64,000 nt of DNA from an uncultured Ramlibacter sp. GTDB lineage: Bacteria > Pseudomonadota > Gammaproteobacteria > Burkholderiales > Burkholderiaceae_C. Within the stretch, counting starts at the first letter, position 1. Every line of letters begins with the position of its first letter. Shown in pieces: positions 41,108 through 51,750 of the stretch. The stretch covers positions 8,859-72,858 of the forward strand of contig NZ_CAKZHQ010000043.1 of the NCBI RefSeq assembly GCF_936925435.1, given 5' to 3'. The notes under the pieces were generated by a model. It did no database searches, was not told the DNA's origin, and saw nothing but the letters and a program-made list of their open reading frames with translations. A program made the position numbers and the translations under genes.

Positions 41108-43000
41108 GTGACCTACGCTGAGTTCCACCGCCGCTCCGTCGAGGAGCCGGACGCTTTCTGGGCCGAACAGGCCCGCCTGATCGATTGGCAGCAGGCGCCG
41201 CAGTCCATCTGCGACAACAGCCGGCCGCCGTTCACGCGCTGGTTCGCCGGCGGCACCACCAATCTGTGCCACAACGCGGTCGACCGCCACCTGGCCGCGC
41301 GCGGCGACCAGCCGGCGCTGATCAGCGTCTCCACCGAAACCGGCGTCGAGAAGGCCTACAGCTTCCGCGAGTTGCATGCCGAGGTGCAGCACACTGCGGC
41401 GATGCTGCAGGCGTTGGGCGTGCGCCAGGGCGACCGGGTGCTGTTGTACATGCCCATGGTGGCCGAGGCGGTCTTCACCATGCTGGCTTGTGCGCGCATC
41501 GGCGCCATCCATAGCGTGGTGTTCGGCGGCTTTGCCTCGGTCTCGCTGGCGTCCCGCATCGAGGACGCCCAGCCCCGCGTGATCGTCAGCGCCGATGCCG
41601 GCTCGCGCGGCGGCAAGGTCCTGGCCTACAAGCCGCTGCTGGACGAGGCGATCCGCTTGTCCAGCCACAAGCCGCAGGCCGTGCTGCTGGCCGACCGCGG
41701 CCTGGCGCCCATGGAGCGGGTGGCCGGGCGCGACCACGACTGGGCGGCGCTGCGCCAGGCCCACCTGGACACCGAAGTGGCCTGCGTCTGGCTGGACGCG
41801 ACGGCCACCAGCTACACCATCTACACCAGCGGCACGACCGGCAAGCCCAAGGGCGTGCAGCGCGACGTCGGCGGCTATGCGGTGGCGCTGGCGGCCAGCA
41901 TGGAGCACATCTTCCAGGGTGAGGCCGGCGCCACCTTCTTTTGCGCCAGCGACATTGGCTGGGTGGTGGGGCACAGCTACATCGTCTACGGCCCGCTGAT
42001 CGCCGGCATGGCCACCATCTTGTACGAGGGCCTGCCGGTACGGCCCGACGCCGGCATCTGGTGGAGCCTGGTGGAGAAATACAAGGTGCGCACCATGTTC
42101 ACCGCCCCGACGGCGGTGCGCGTGCTCAAGAAACAGGATCCGGCCTTCCTCAAGAAGCACGATCTCTCCAGTCTGAAGGCGCTGTTCCTGGCGGGCGAGC
42201 CGCTGGACGAGCCGACGGCGCGCTGGATCAGCGAGGCGCTGGGCGTGCCCATCATCGACAACTACTGGCAGACCGAAAGCGGCTGGCCCATCCTGACCAT
42301 CGCCAATGGCGTCGAGAAGAAGGCCAGCAAGTTCGGCAGCCCCGGCGTGCCCATGGCCGGCTACAAGGTCAAGATCCTGCACGAGAGCACGGGCCAGGAA
42401 CTGGTCGAGCCCGGCCAGAAGGGCGTGGTGGTGATCGAGGGGCCGACGCCGCCGGGCTTCATGCAGACCGTCTGGCGCGACGATGAGCGCTTCGTCAAGA
42501 CCTACTGGCAGAGCATCCCCGGCCGGATGGTCTACAACACCTTCGATTGGGGCATCCGCGATGCGGACGGCTACTACTACATCCTGGGCCGCACCGACGA
42601 CGTCATCAACGTCGCCGGCCACAGGCTGGGCACGCGCGAGATCGAGGAGAGCATTTCCAGCCATGCCAACGTGGCCGAGGTGGCCGTGGTTGGTGTGGCC
42701 GATGCGCTCAAGGGCCAGGTGGCCATGGCCTTCGTGGTGGCGCGCGATGCCGCGGCCGTGGCCGACGAGGCCGGCCGCCTGCGGCTGGAAGGCGAGATCA
42801 TGAAGCTGGTCGACAGCCAGCTGGGCGCCCTGGCGCGGCCGGCGCGGGTGCGTTTTGTGAGCCTGCTGCCCAAAACCCGCAGCGGCAAATTGCTGCGCCG
42901 CGCCATCCAGGCCGTGTGCGAGGGCCGCGACGCCGGCGACCTGACCACCATTGAAGACCCTGCGGCGCTGCGCCAGGTCCTCGATTCTTTGGTTGGATAG
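41108..43000 (+). CDS. prpE: Propionate--CoA ligase
   Basis: YTSGTTGKPKGVQRD, SDIGWVVGHSY, DNYWQTE and PKTRSGK motifs. Confidence 0.93.
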   Translation: MTYAEFHRRSVEEPDAFWAEQARLIDWQQAPQSICDNSRPPFTRWFAGGTTNLCHNAVDRHLAARGDQPALISVSTETGVEKAYSFRELHAEVQHTAAMLQALGVRQGDRVLLYMPMVAEAVFTMLACARIGAIHSVVFGGFASVSLASRIEDAQPRVIVSADAGSRGGKVLAYKPLLDEAIRLSSHKPQAVLLADRGLAPMERVAGRDHDWAALRQAHLDTEVACVWLDATATSYTIYTSGTTGKPKGVQRDVGGYAVALAASMEHIFQGEAGATFFCASDIGWVVGHSYIVYGPLIAGMATILYEGLPVRPDAGIWWSLVEKYKVRTMFTAPTAVRVLKKQDPAFLKKHDLSSLKALFLAGEPLDEPTARWISEALGVPIIDNYWQTESGWPILTIANGVEKKASKFGSPGVPMAGYKVKILHESTGQELVEPGQKGVVVIEGPTPPGFMQTVWRDDERFVKTYWQSIPGRMVYNTFDWGIRDADGYYYILGRTDDVINVAGHRLGTREIEESISSHANVAEVAVVGVADALKGQVAMAFVVARDAAAVADEAGRLRLEGEIMKLVDSQLGALARPARVRFVSLLPKTRSGKLLRRAIQAVCEGRDAGDLTTIEDPAALRQVLDSLVG

Positions 43001-43049
43001 CCCTCCAGCTCCCGGTTTGATTGGGCTGGATGCTCTCAAAACAAGAGCA
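42994..43049 (+). repeat. 56-bp dispersed repeat, copy E
   Basis: TCCAGC at the conserved offset; ends TGCTCTC-AAAAC-AAGAGCA; spans the prpE stop. Confidence 0.65.
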
Positions 43050-43210
43050 GACTGGCGCCCTCAAGCCTGGCTGGACCGTGCCGAAAACAGGGGATGTGCC
43101 GGCTTCGGCATGAACACGTGGTCTCTGAGTCCAGCACAGGCCCGCCTGGCGGGCCTGTGCGATCGATGGCACAATTGAGGTCGCAACCCGGCCCCTTCCA
43201 GCCACAGTCG

Positions 43211-43290
43211 CATCCGCCAACCGGTCCAGCCGTGTCGCGGAAGGTTTCTACAACCAGCCAAGGCCTCCTGCAGGGGGGCGGAAAGTAGCG
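43211..43290 (+). ncRNA. sucA RNA motif (cis-regulatory leader)
   Basis: TCCGCCAACCGGTCCAGCCGTGTCGCGGAAGGTT...AACC...GGCGGA just upstream of sucA, matching my recollection of the Burkholderiales motif; ends approximate. Confidence 0.8.
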
Positions 43291-43294
43291 CAGC

Positions 43295-46162
43295 ATGAGT
43301 GACAGCACCGTCTACACGGCCTACCAGGGCAATTCGTATCTCTTCGGCGGCAACGCGCCCTATGTCGAGGAGATGTACGAGAACTACCTCGCCAACCCCG
43401 GCAGCGTGCCCGACAACTGGCGTGAATACTTCGACGCCTTGCAGAACGTTCCCGCCGCCGACGGCAGCAACGCCAAGGACATCGCCCACCTGCCGGTGAT
43501 CAATGCCTTTGCCGAGCGCGCCAAGCAGGGCGGCACCCGCGTGGTCCAGGCCACCGGCGCCGATTCCGAAATGGGCCGCAAGCGCACCGCGGTGCAGCAG
43601 CTGATCGCCGCCTACCGCAACGTCGGCGCCCGCTGGGCCGACCTGGACCCGCTCAAGCGCGCCGAGCGCGAGAAGATCCCCGAGCTGGACCCGTCCTTCT
43701 ACGGCTTCTCCGACGCCGACCAGGAAACCATCTTCAACACCAGCAACACCTTCTTCGGCAAGGAGACGATGTCGCTGCGCGAGCTGCTCAACGCGCTGCG
43801 CGAAACCTACTGCGGCACCATCGGCGCCGAGTACATGTACATCAGCGACCAGGGCAAGAAGCGCTGGTGGCAGCAAAAGCTCGAATCGATCCGCAGCAAG
43901 CCCAACTTCCTGGCCGATCAGAAAAAGCAGATCCTCGACCGCGTCACCGCGGCCGAAGGCCTGGAGCGCTTCCTGCACACCAAGTACGTGGGCCAGAAGC
44001 GCTTCTCGCTGGAAGGCGGCGAAAGCTTCATCGCCTCGATGGACGAACTGATCCAGCGTTCCGGCGCCAAGGGCGTGCAGGAGATCGTGATCGGCATGGC
44101 CCACCGCGGTCGCCTGAACGTGCTGGTCAACACCATGGGCAAGATGCCCGCCGACCTGTTCGCCGAGTTCGACCACACGGCCAAGGAAGACCTGCCCTCC
44201 GGTGACGTCAAGTACCACCAGGGCTTCAGCTCGGACGTGACCACCCCCGGCGGCCCGGTCCACCTGAGCCTGGCCTTCAACCCCTCGCACCTGGAGATCG
44301 TCAACCCGGTGGTCGAGGGCTCGGTGCGGGCCCGCATGGACCGCCGCGCCGACCCGCAGGGCAAGCAGGTGCTGCCCGTGCAGGTGCACGGCGACGCTGC
44401 CTTCGCCGGCCAGGGCGTGGTGATGGAAACCCTGGCGCTGGCCGAAACCCGCGGCTACTTCACCGGCGGCACGGTCCACATCGTCATCAACAACCAGATC
44501 GGCTTCACCACCTCCGATCCGCGCGACGCGCGCTCCACCCTGTACTGCACCGACATCGTCAAGATGATCGAGGCGCCGGTGCTGCACGTCAACGGCGACG
44601 ATCCCGAGGCAGTGGTGCTGGCCACCCAGATCGCGCTGGACTACCGCATGGAGTTCAGCAAGGACGTGGTGCTGGACATCGTGTGTTTCCGCAAGCTGGG
44701 CCACAACGAGCAGGACACGCCGGCGCTGACCCAGCCGCTGATGTACAAGAAGATCGGCACCCATCCGGGCACGCGCAAGCTCTACGCCGACAAGCTGTCG
44801 GCCCAGGGCCTGGGTGACACGCTGGGCGAGGACATGGTCAAGGCCTACCGCGCCGCCATGGACGCCGGCAAGCACACGGTCGACCCGGTGCTGACCAACT
44901 TCAAGAGCAAGTTCGCGGTCGACTGGAGCCCCTACCTGGGCAAGAAGTGGACCGACGCCGCCGACACCGCCATTCCGACGGCCGAGTGGAAGCGACTGGC
45001 CGAGAAGATCACCACCGTACCGGCCGGCTTCACGCCGCACCCGCTGGTCAACAAGGTGCTGCTCGACCGCGCCGCCATGGGCCGCGGCGATGTCAACGTC
45101 GACTGGGGCATGGGCGAGCACATGGCTTTCGCCTCCCTGGTGGCCAGCGGCTACCCGGTGCGCCTGTCGGGCGAGGACTGCGGCCGCGGCACCTTCACCC
45201 ACCGCCACTCGGTGCTGCACGACCAGAACCGCGAGAAGTTCGACGAAGGCACCTACGTGCCGCTGTGCCACGTGGCCGACAACCAGGCGCCTTATGTCGT
45301 CATCGACTCCATCCTGTCGGAAGAGGCGGTGCTGGGCTTCGAGTACGGCTACGCCTCGAACGATCCCAACACCCTGGTGATCTGGGAAGCCCAGTTCGGC
45401 GACTTCGCCAACGGCGCCCAGGTGGTGATCGACCAGTTCATCGCCTCGGGCGAGGTCAAGTGGGGCCGCGTCAACGGCATCACCCTGATGCTGCCGCACG
45501 GCTACGAAGGCCAGGGCCCGGAGCACAGCTCGGCCCGCCTGGAGCGCTTCATGCAGCTGTCGGCCGACACCAACATGCAGGTGGTGCAGCCCACGACGGC
45601 CAGCCAGATCTTCCACGTGCTGCGCCGCCAGATGGTGCGCCCGCTGCGCAAGCCGCTGATCATCATGACGCCCAAGTCGCTGCTGCGCAACAAGGACGCC
45701 ACCTCGCCGCTGTCGGAGTTCACCAGGGGCGGCTTCCAGACCGTCATCCCGGAGAACAAGGACCTCAAGGCCGACAAGGTCAAGCGCATCGTCGTGTGCT
45801 CCGGCAAGGTCTATTTCGATCTGGCCAAGAAGCGCGAGGAGAAGGGCTTTGACGACGCAGTCATCCTGCGCGTCGAGCAGCTCTATCCCTTCCCGCACAA
45901 GGTGTTCGCCGCCGAGCTCAAGAAGTACCCCAACGCCACCGACATCGTCTGGTGCCAGGACGAGCCGCAGAACCAGGGCGCCTGGTTCTTCGTGCAGCAC
46001 TACATCCACGAGAACATGCTCGACGGCCAGAAGCTGGGTTACTCCGGCCGTGCCGCCTCGGCCTCGCCGGCGGTGGGCTACTCGCACCTGCACCAGGAGC
46101 AGCAAAAGGCTTTGGTCGACGGCGCCTTCGGCAAGCTCAAGGGCTTCGTGCTCACGAAATAA
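43295..46162 (+). CDS. sucA: 2-oxoglutarate dehydrogenase E1
   Basis: KRFSLEG, GMAHRGRLN, GDVKYH, HGDAAF and WEAQFGDF motifs. Confidence 0.98.
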   Translation: MSDSTVYTAYQGNSYLFGGNAPYVEEMYENYLANPGSVPDNWREYFDALQNVPAADGSNAKDIAHLPVINAFAERAKQGGTRVVQATGADSEMGRKRTAVQQLIAAYRNVGARWADLDPLKRAEREKIPELDPSFYGFSDADQETIFNTSNTFFGKETMSLRELLNALRETYCGTIGAEYMYISDQGKKRWWQQKLESIRSKPNFLADQKKQILDRVTAAEGLERFLHTKYVGQKRFSLEGGESFIASMDELIQRSGAKGVQEIVIGMAHRGRLNVLVNTMGKMPADLFAEFDHTAKEDLPSGDVKYHQGFSSDVTTPGGPVHLSLAFNPSHLEIVNPVVEGSVRARMDRRADPQGKQVLPVQVHGDAAFAGQGVVMETLALAETRGYFTGGTVHIVINNQIGFTTSDPRDARSTLYCTDIVKMIEAPVLHVNGDDPEAVVLATQIALDYRMEFSKDVVLDIVCFRKLGHNEQDTPALTQPLMYKKIGTHPGTRKLYADKLSAQGLGDTLGEDMVKAYRAAMDAGKHTVDPVLTNFKSKFAVDWSPYLGKKWTDAADTAIPTAEWKRLAEKITTVPAGFTPHPLVNKVLLDRAAMGRGDVNVDWGMGEHMAFASLVASGYPVRLSGEDCGRGTFTHRHSVLHDQNREKFDEGTYVPLCHVADNQAPYVVIDSILSEEAVLGFEYGYASNDPNTLVIWEAQFGDFANGAQVVIDQFIASGEVKWGRVNGITLMLPHGYEGQGPEHSSARLERFMQLSADTNMQVVQPTTASQIFHVLRRQMVRPLRKPLIIMTPKSLLRNKDATSPLSEFTRGGFQTVIPENKDLKADKVKRIVVCSGKVYFDLAKKREEKGFDDAVILRVEQLYPFPHKVFAAELKKYPNATDIVWCQDEPQNQGAWFFVQHYIHENMLDGQKLGYSGRAASASPAVGYSHLHQEQQKALVDGAFGKLKGFVLTK

Positions 46163-46225
46163 AGCGGGACAACGAGGCCCGGTTGCGCCGGCCTCGTCCT
46201 TCGAAAAAAATACTTAGGAACAACA

Positions 46226-47485
<1,260 letters not shown>

Positions 47486-47545
47486 ACGGACGATAACGCG
47501 GCCTGAAGGCCGCGTCCTTGTCCATGATTTTCGGAATCAAAAATC

Positions 47546-48961
47546 ATGAAATCATTTGACGTGATCGTCATCGGCGGCGGTCCTGGCGGCTACATCGCCG
47601 CAATCCGCGCGGCCCAGCTGGGCTTCAACACGGCCTGCATCGACGAGTGGAAGAACGACAAGGGCGGCCCGGCCCCGGGCGGGACCTGCACCAACGTTGG
47701 CTGTATTCCGTCCAAGGCGCTGCTGCAGTCCTCGGAGCACTACGAACATGCCGGCAAGCACTTTGCCGAGCACGGCATCGAAGTCAAGGGCCTGGGCCTG
47801 GACCTGGGCAAGATGCTTGCGCGCAAGAACACCGTCGTCAAACAGAACAACGACGGCATCCTCTTCCTGTTCAAGAAGAACAAGGTCACGTTCTTCCACG
47901 GCCGTGGCTCCTTCGTGAAGGCGGCCGAGGGCGGCTACGAGATCAAGGCCGGCGAGGAAAGCATCACCGGCAAGCACATCATTTTGGCCACCGGCTCCAA
48001 TGCCCGTGCGCTGCCGGGCGCGCCGTTCGACGAGGAGACCATCCTGTCCAACGACGGCGCCCTGCGCATCCAGGGCGTGCCCAAGAAGCTGGCCTTGATC
48101 GGCTCGGGCGTGATCGGCCTGGAGATGGGTTCGGTCTGGCGCCGCCTGGGCGCGGAAGTCACCGTGCTCGAAGCCCTGCCCACGTTCCTGGGCGCGGTCG
48201 ACGAGCAGATCGCCAAGGAGGCCAAGAAGGCTTTCGACAAGCAGGGCCTGAAGATCGAGCTGGGCGTCAAGGTCGGCGAGATCAAGAGCGGCAAGAAGGG
48301 CGTGTCGATTGCCTGGACCAACGCCAAGGGTGAGGCCCAGACCCTGGACGCCGACAAGCTGATCATCTCGATCGGTCGCGTGCCCAACACCATCGGTCTG
48401 AACGCCGAGGCCGTGGGCCTGAAGCTCGACGAGCGCGGCGCCATCGCGGTGGATGCCGAGTGCAAGACCAGCCTGCCCAACGTCTGGGCGGTGGGTGACG
48501 TGGTGCGCGGCCCCATGCTGGCGCACAAGGCGGAGGAAGAGGGCGTGGCGGTGGCCGAGCGCATCGCCGGCCAGCACGGCCACGTCAACTTCAACACCAT
48601 CCCCTGGGTGATCTACACCAGCCCCGAGATCGCCTGGGTCGGCCAGACCGAGCAGCAGCTCAAGGCCGCCGGCGTGAAGTACAAGGCCGGCACCTTCCCC
48701 TTCATGGCCAACGGCCGCGCGCGCGCGCTGGGCGACACCACCGGCATGGTCAAGTTCCTGGCCGACGCCACCACCGACGAGATCCTGGGCGTGCACATGG
48801 TGGGCCCGCAGGTCAGCGAGCTGATTTCCGAAGCCGTCGTGGCCATGGAGTTCAAGGCCAGCAGCGAGGACATCGCCCGCATCTGCCATGCCCACCCGTC
48901 GCTGTCCGAGGCGACCAAGGAAGCGGCCCTGGCCGTCGACAAGCGCACACTGAACTTCTAG
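47546..48961 (+). CDS. lpdA: Dihydrolipoamide dehydrogenase (ODH E3)
   Basis: [20 protein letters not shown] and HAHPSLSE motifs. Confidence 0.97.
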   Translation: MKSFDVIVIGGGPGGYIAAIRAAQLGFNTACIDEWKNDKGGPAPGGTCTNVGCIPSKALLQSSEHYEHAGKHFAEHGIEVKGLGLDLGKMLARKNTVVKQNNDGILFLFKKNKVTFFHGRGSFVKAAEGGYEIKAGEESITGKHIILATGSNARALPGAPFDEETILSNDGALRIQGVPKKLALIGSGVIGLEMGSVWRRLGAEVTVLEALPTFLGAVDEQIAKEAKKAFDKQGLKIELGVKVGEIKSGKKGVSIAWTNAKGEAQTLDADKLIISIGRVPNTIGLNAEAVGLKLDERGAIAVDAECKTSLPNVWAVGDVVRGPMLAHKAEEEGVAVAERIAGQHGHVNFNTIPWVIYTSPEIAWVGQTEQQLKAAGVKYKAGTFPFMANGRARALGDTTGMVKFLADATTDEILGVHMVGPQVSELISEAVVAMEFKASSEDIARICHAHPSLSEATKEAALAVDKRTLNF

Positions 48962-48962
48962 T

Positions 48963-50063
48963 GTGACCACGGTCCGGGAAGCCTACGACGCGGAGCTCAA
49001 GACGCGGGGGTACGCCAGTGACCCCGCGCAACTGCGCGCCGTGGCGGCCCTGGAGCGCTGCGCCAGCGAGTGGGCAGGCTACAAGGAGCAGCGTTCCAAC
49101 GCCTTCAAGAAGCTGATCAACCGCCCCGCCATTCCGCGCGGGGTCTACATGCACGGCGGGGTGGGGCGCGGCAAAAGCTTCCTGATGGACTGCTTTTTCA
49201 ATGCCGTGCCGCTGGTGCGCAAGACCCGCCTACATTTCCATGAGTTCATGCGAGAGGTGCACCGCGAGCTGTCCGATCTGCAGGGCACGGTCAACCCGCT
49301 CGATGCGCTGGGTGAACGCATCGCCAAACGCTACCGCCTGATCTGCTTCGACGAGTTCCATGTCGCCGACATCACCGACGCGATGATCCTGCACCGGCTG
49401 CTGGACGCGCTGTTCGACAACGGGGTGGGCTTTGTCACCACCTCCAACTTCAAGCCCGACGACTTGTACCCGAACGGTTTGCACCGCGACCGCATCCTGC
49501 CGGCCATCGCGCTGCTCAATGCGAAGCTGGAAGTGGTGAATGTGGACAACGGCACGGACTACCGGCGCCGCACCATGGAGCAGGTCAAGCTCTACCACAC
49601 GCCTCTGGGCCCCGAGGCGGATGCGCAGATGAGCGAGGCCTTCAACCGGCTGGCCGAGACCCATGACGAAGACCCGGTGCTGCACATCGAGCAGCGCGAG
49701 ATCCGCTCGCGGCGCCGCGCCGGCGGCCTGGTCTGGTTCGACTTCAAGACGCTCTGCGGCGGCCCGCGCTCGCAGAACGACTACCTGGAGATCGCCACCC
49801 AGTTCCACACCGTGCTGCTGTCCGACGTGCCCTACATGCCGGTGCGCATGGCCTCGGAGGCGCGCCGCTTCACCTGGCTGGTCGACGTGTTGTACGACCG
49901 GCGGGTCAAATTGATCATGTCAGCCCAGGTGCCGCCCGAGGCGTTGTACACGGACGGGCCGCTGGCCCATGAGTTTCCCCGCACCGTGTCCCGCCTGAAC
50001 GAAATGCAATCGGCCGAGTTCCTGGCGCTGGAGCGCCGCAATGTCGATACCCGCCTGACATGA
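48963..50063 (+). CDS. zapE: AFG1/ZapE-family ATPase
   Basis: GGVGRGKS, CFDEF, TSNF and RRF...DVLYD motifs. Confidence 0.93.
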   Translation: MTTVREAYDAELKTRGYASDPAQLRAVAALERCASEWAGYKEQRSNAFKKLINRPAIPRGVYMHGGVGRGKSFLMDCFFNAVPLVRKTRLHFHEFMREVHRELSDLQGTVNPLDALGERIAKRYRLICFDEFHVADITDAMILHRLLDALFDNGVGFVTTSNFKPDDLYPNGLHRDRILPAIALLNAKLEVVNVDNGTDYRRRTMEQVKLYHTPLGPEADAQMSEAFNRLAETHDEDPVLHIEQREIRSRRRAGGLVWFDFKTLCGGPRSQNDYLEIATQFHTVLLSDVPYMPVRMASEARRFTWLVDVLYDRRVKLIMSAQVPPEALYTDGPLAHEFPRTVSRLNEMQSAEFLALERRNVDTRLT

Positions 50064-50668
50064 AGTCCCTGCTCAGTTGCCTGGCCATGCTGGCCTGCTG
50101 CCTTCCCGCCGCCGCCCAGGCGCCGCAGGAGGACGCAGACGCTCGCGCGCGCATCGGTGCGCAGCGGGCCCAGGCCGAAGCCCGTTACGCGCAGGAAGAG
50201 AGGGCCTGCTACGGCAAGTTCGCGGTCAACGACTGCCTCAATGAAGCCAAGGTCCGCCGGCGCAGCGTGCTGGCCGACCTGCGCCGCGAGGAAATCGCCC
50301 TGAACGATGCCGAACGCAAGCGCCGCGGTGCCGAGCGCCTGCAGCAACTCGAGGAGCGCAATTCGGCGCAAAAGCAGCAGGAAGCGGTCGACCAGAGGGC
50401 CAGGGTCCTGGCCGAGCAGCAGCAACGCGAGCAGCGGGCGGCCGAGAAGGCGGCAGAACGCGGCCAGGCCGAAGCCAGGCGGGCTGCCGAGCCCAAGCCA
50501 GCCCAGCCGGCACGGCAGGCGGCTGAACCGAAGAAGCCCGACGCTGCGGCCAACACGCAGAGCTACGAAAAAAAGCAGCAGCAGGCGCAGCAGCACAAGC
50601 AGCGCACCGAGGAGCGGGCGGCCGAGAACAAGAAGACCGCCGCCCAGCCGCTGCCGGTCCCGCCCTGA
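50060..50668 (+). CDS. Exported charged coiled-coil hypothetical protein
   Basis: Signal peptide; CY.KFAVNDC Cys pair; Q/E/R/K-rich; ATGA overlap with zapE. Confidence 0.75.
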   Translation: MKSLLSCLAMLACCLPAAAQAPQEDADARARIGAQRAQAEARYAQEERACYGKFAVNDCLNEAKVRRRSVLADLRREEIALNDAERKRRGAERLQQLEERNSAQKQQEAVDQRARVLAEQQQREQRAAEKAAERGQAEARRAAEPKPAQPARQAAEPKKPDAAANTQSYEKKQQQAQQHKQRTEERAAENKKTAAQPLPVPP

Positions 50669-50680
50669 GCGGGACGCGCC

Positions 50681-51442
50681 TCAGCCGTCCAGCGGCTCGA
50701 GTTTGACGATCACCAGCGACAGGTTGTCGCCGCCGCCGCGGGCGCGCGAGCGGGCCTTTTCGATCAGGAACTCGGTGGCTTCGCGCGGCGACAGCGAGGA
50801 CAGTACCGAACCGAGCTCGCTCGGGTTGAAGTAGTGCCAGACACCGTCGCTGCAGGCCAGCAGCACATCGCCCGGCCGCAGCTGGGGAATGAAATGCAGG
50901 TCGGCCGGCGGCTCGTCCTCGGAGCCCAGGCAGCCCATCAGGATGTTCGACTGGGGATGGACGTTGGCCTCTTCCTCGCTCAGTTCGCCCTTGTCGACCA
51001 GGGTCTGCACATAGGAGTGGTCGGCGGTGCGCCGCACCAGCTTGCTGCCGTGGAAGTGGTAGAGCCGCGAGTCGCCGGCATGGACCCAGTGGCAGTCGCC
51101 GTTGGGGTTGATCAGGAAGGCGGCCAGCGTGCTGTGCGGCTCCTGTTCGGCCGAGATCGCCGTGAGCTTGATGACCAGGTGGGCTTCCTGCACCATCTGC
51201 TTGAGGACCGAAGGCGCGTCATCGTGGTCGGGCGAATAGCGCTCGAACAGCTGCTTGGCGGTGAGCATGACCTGGTCGGAGGCCTTGCGGCCGCCGCTGC
51301 GCCCGCCCATGCCATCGGCCACGATGCCCAGCACACAGCCGGTCACTCGCGGGTGGCTGATCAGCGCGACCTGGTCCTGCTGGTATTCACGGTCACCCTT
51401 GTGGATGCCCGTTGAAGCGGTGAGTCGGTAACCTTTGGCCAT
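50681..51442 (-). CDS. PP2C-family Ser/Thr phosphatase
   Basis: R..QQD, ADGMGG, HAGDSR, DHS, CSDG and DN motifs. Confidence 0.93.
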   Translation of the reverse strand: MAKGYRLTASTGIHKGDREYQQDQVALISHPRVTGCVLGIVADGMGGRSGGRKASDQVMLTAKQLFERYSPDHDDAPSVLKQMVQEAHLVIKLTAISAEQEPHSTLAAFLINPNGDCHWVHAGDSRLYHFHGSKLVRRTADHSYVQTLVDKGELSEEEANVHPQSNILMGCLGSEDEPPADLHFIPQLRPGDVLLACSDGVWHYFNPSELGSVLSSLSPREATEFLIEKARSRARGGGDNLSLVIVKLEPLDG

Positions 51443-51546
51443 GGATGAAGTGCCGGCTTGGCGCGCTGGGCGCCGCGCTCGATTGTTGGGCGTGAAAGAC
51501 GTATTATCGAACACACCGACCGCGCACCCCCGGCGCCGCAGTTTTC

Positions 51547-51750
51547 TTGGACTCCAACCTTCACTCCCCCGAGCGGCGCCTGATCGAGCTGCGCATCGAG
51601 CACGCCGATCTGGACGCGCTGATCGATCGCGCCAGCCAGCAGGTGCCCGTCGACGAGCTGATGATGCGGCGGCTCAAGAAGCGCCGCCTGGCCCTGCGTG
51701 ACCTGCTGGCCCGGCTGGAGCTGGCGCTCGATCCCAAAGAGCCGGCGTGA
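51547..51750 (+). CDS. DUF465/YdcH-family small protein
   Basis: LRIEHADLD...RRLKKRRL.LRD pattern; TTG start. Confidence 0.85.
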   Translation: MDSNLHSPERRLIELRIEHADLDALIDRASQQVPVDELMMRRLKKRRLALRDLLARLELALDPKEPA

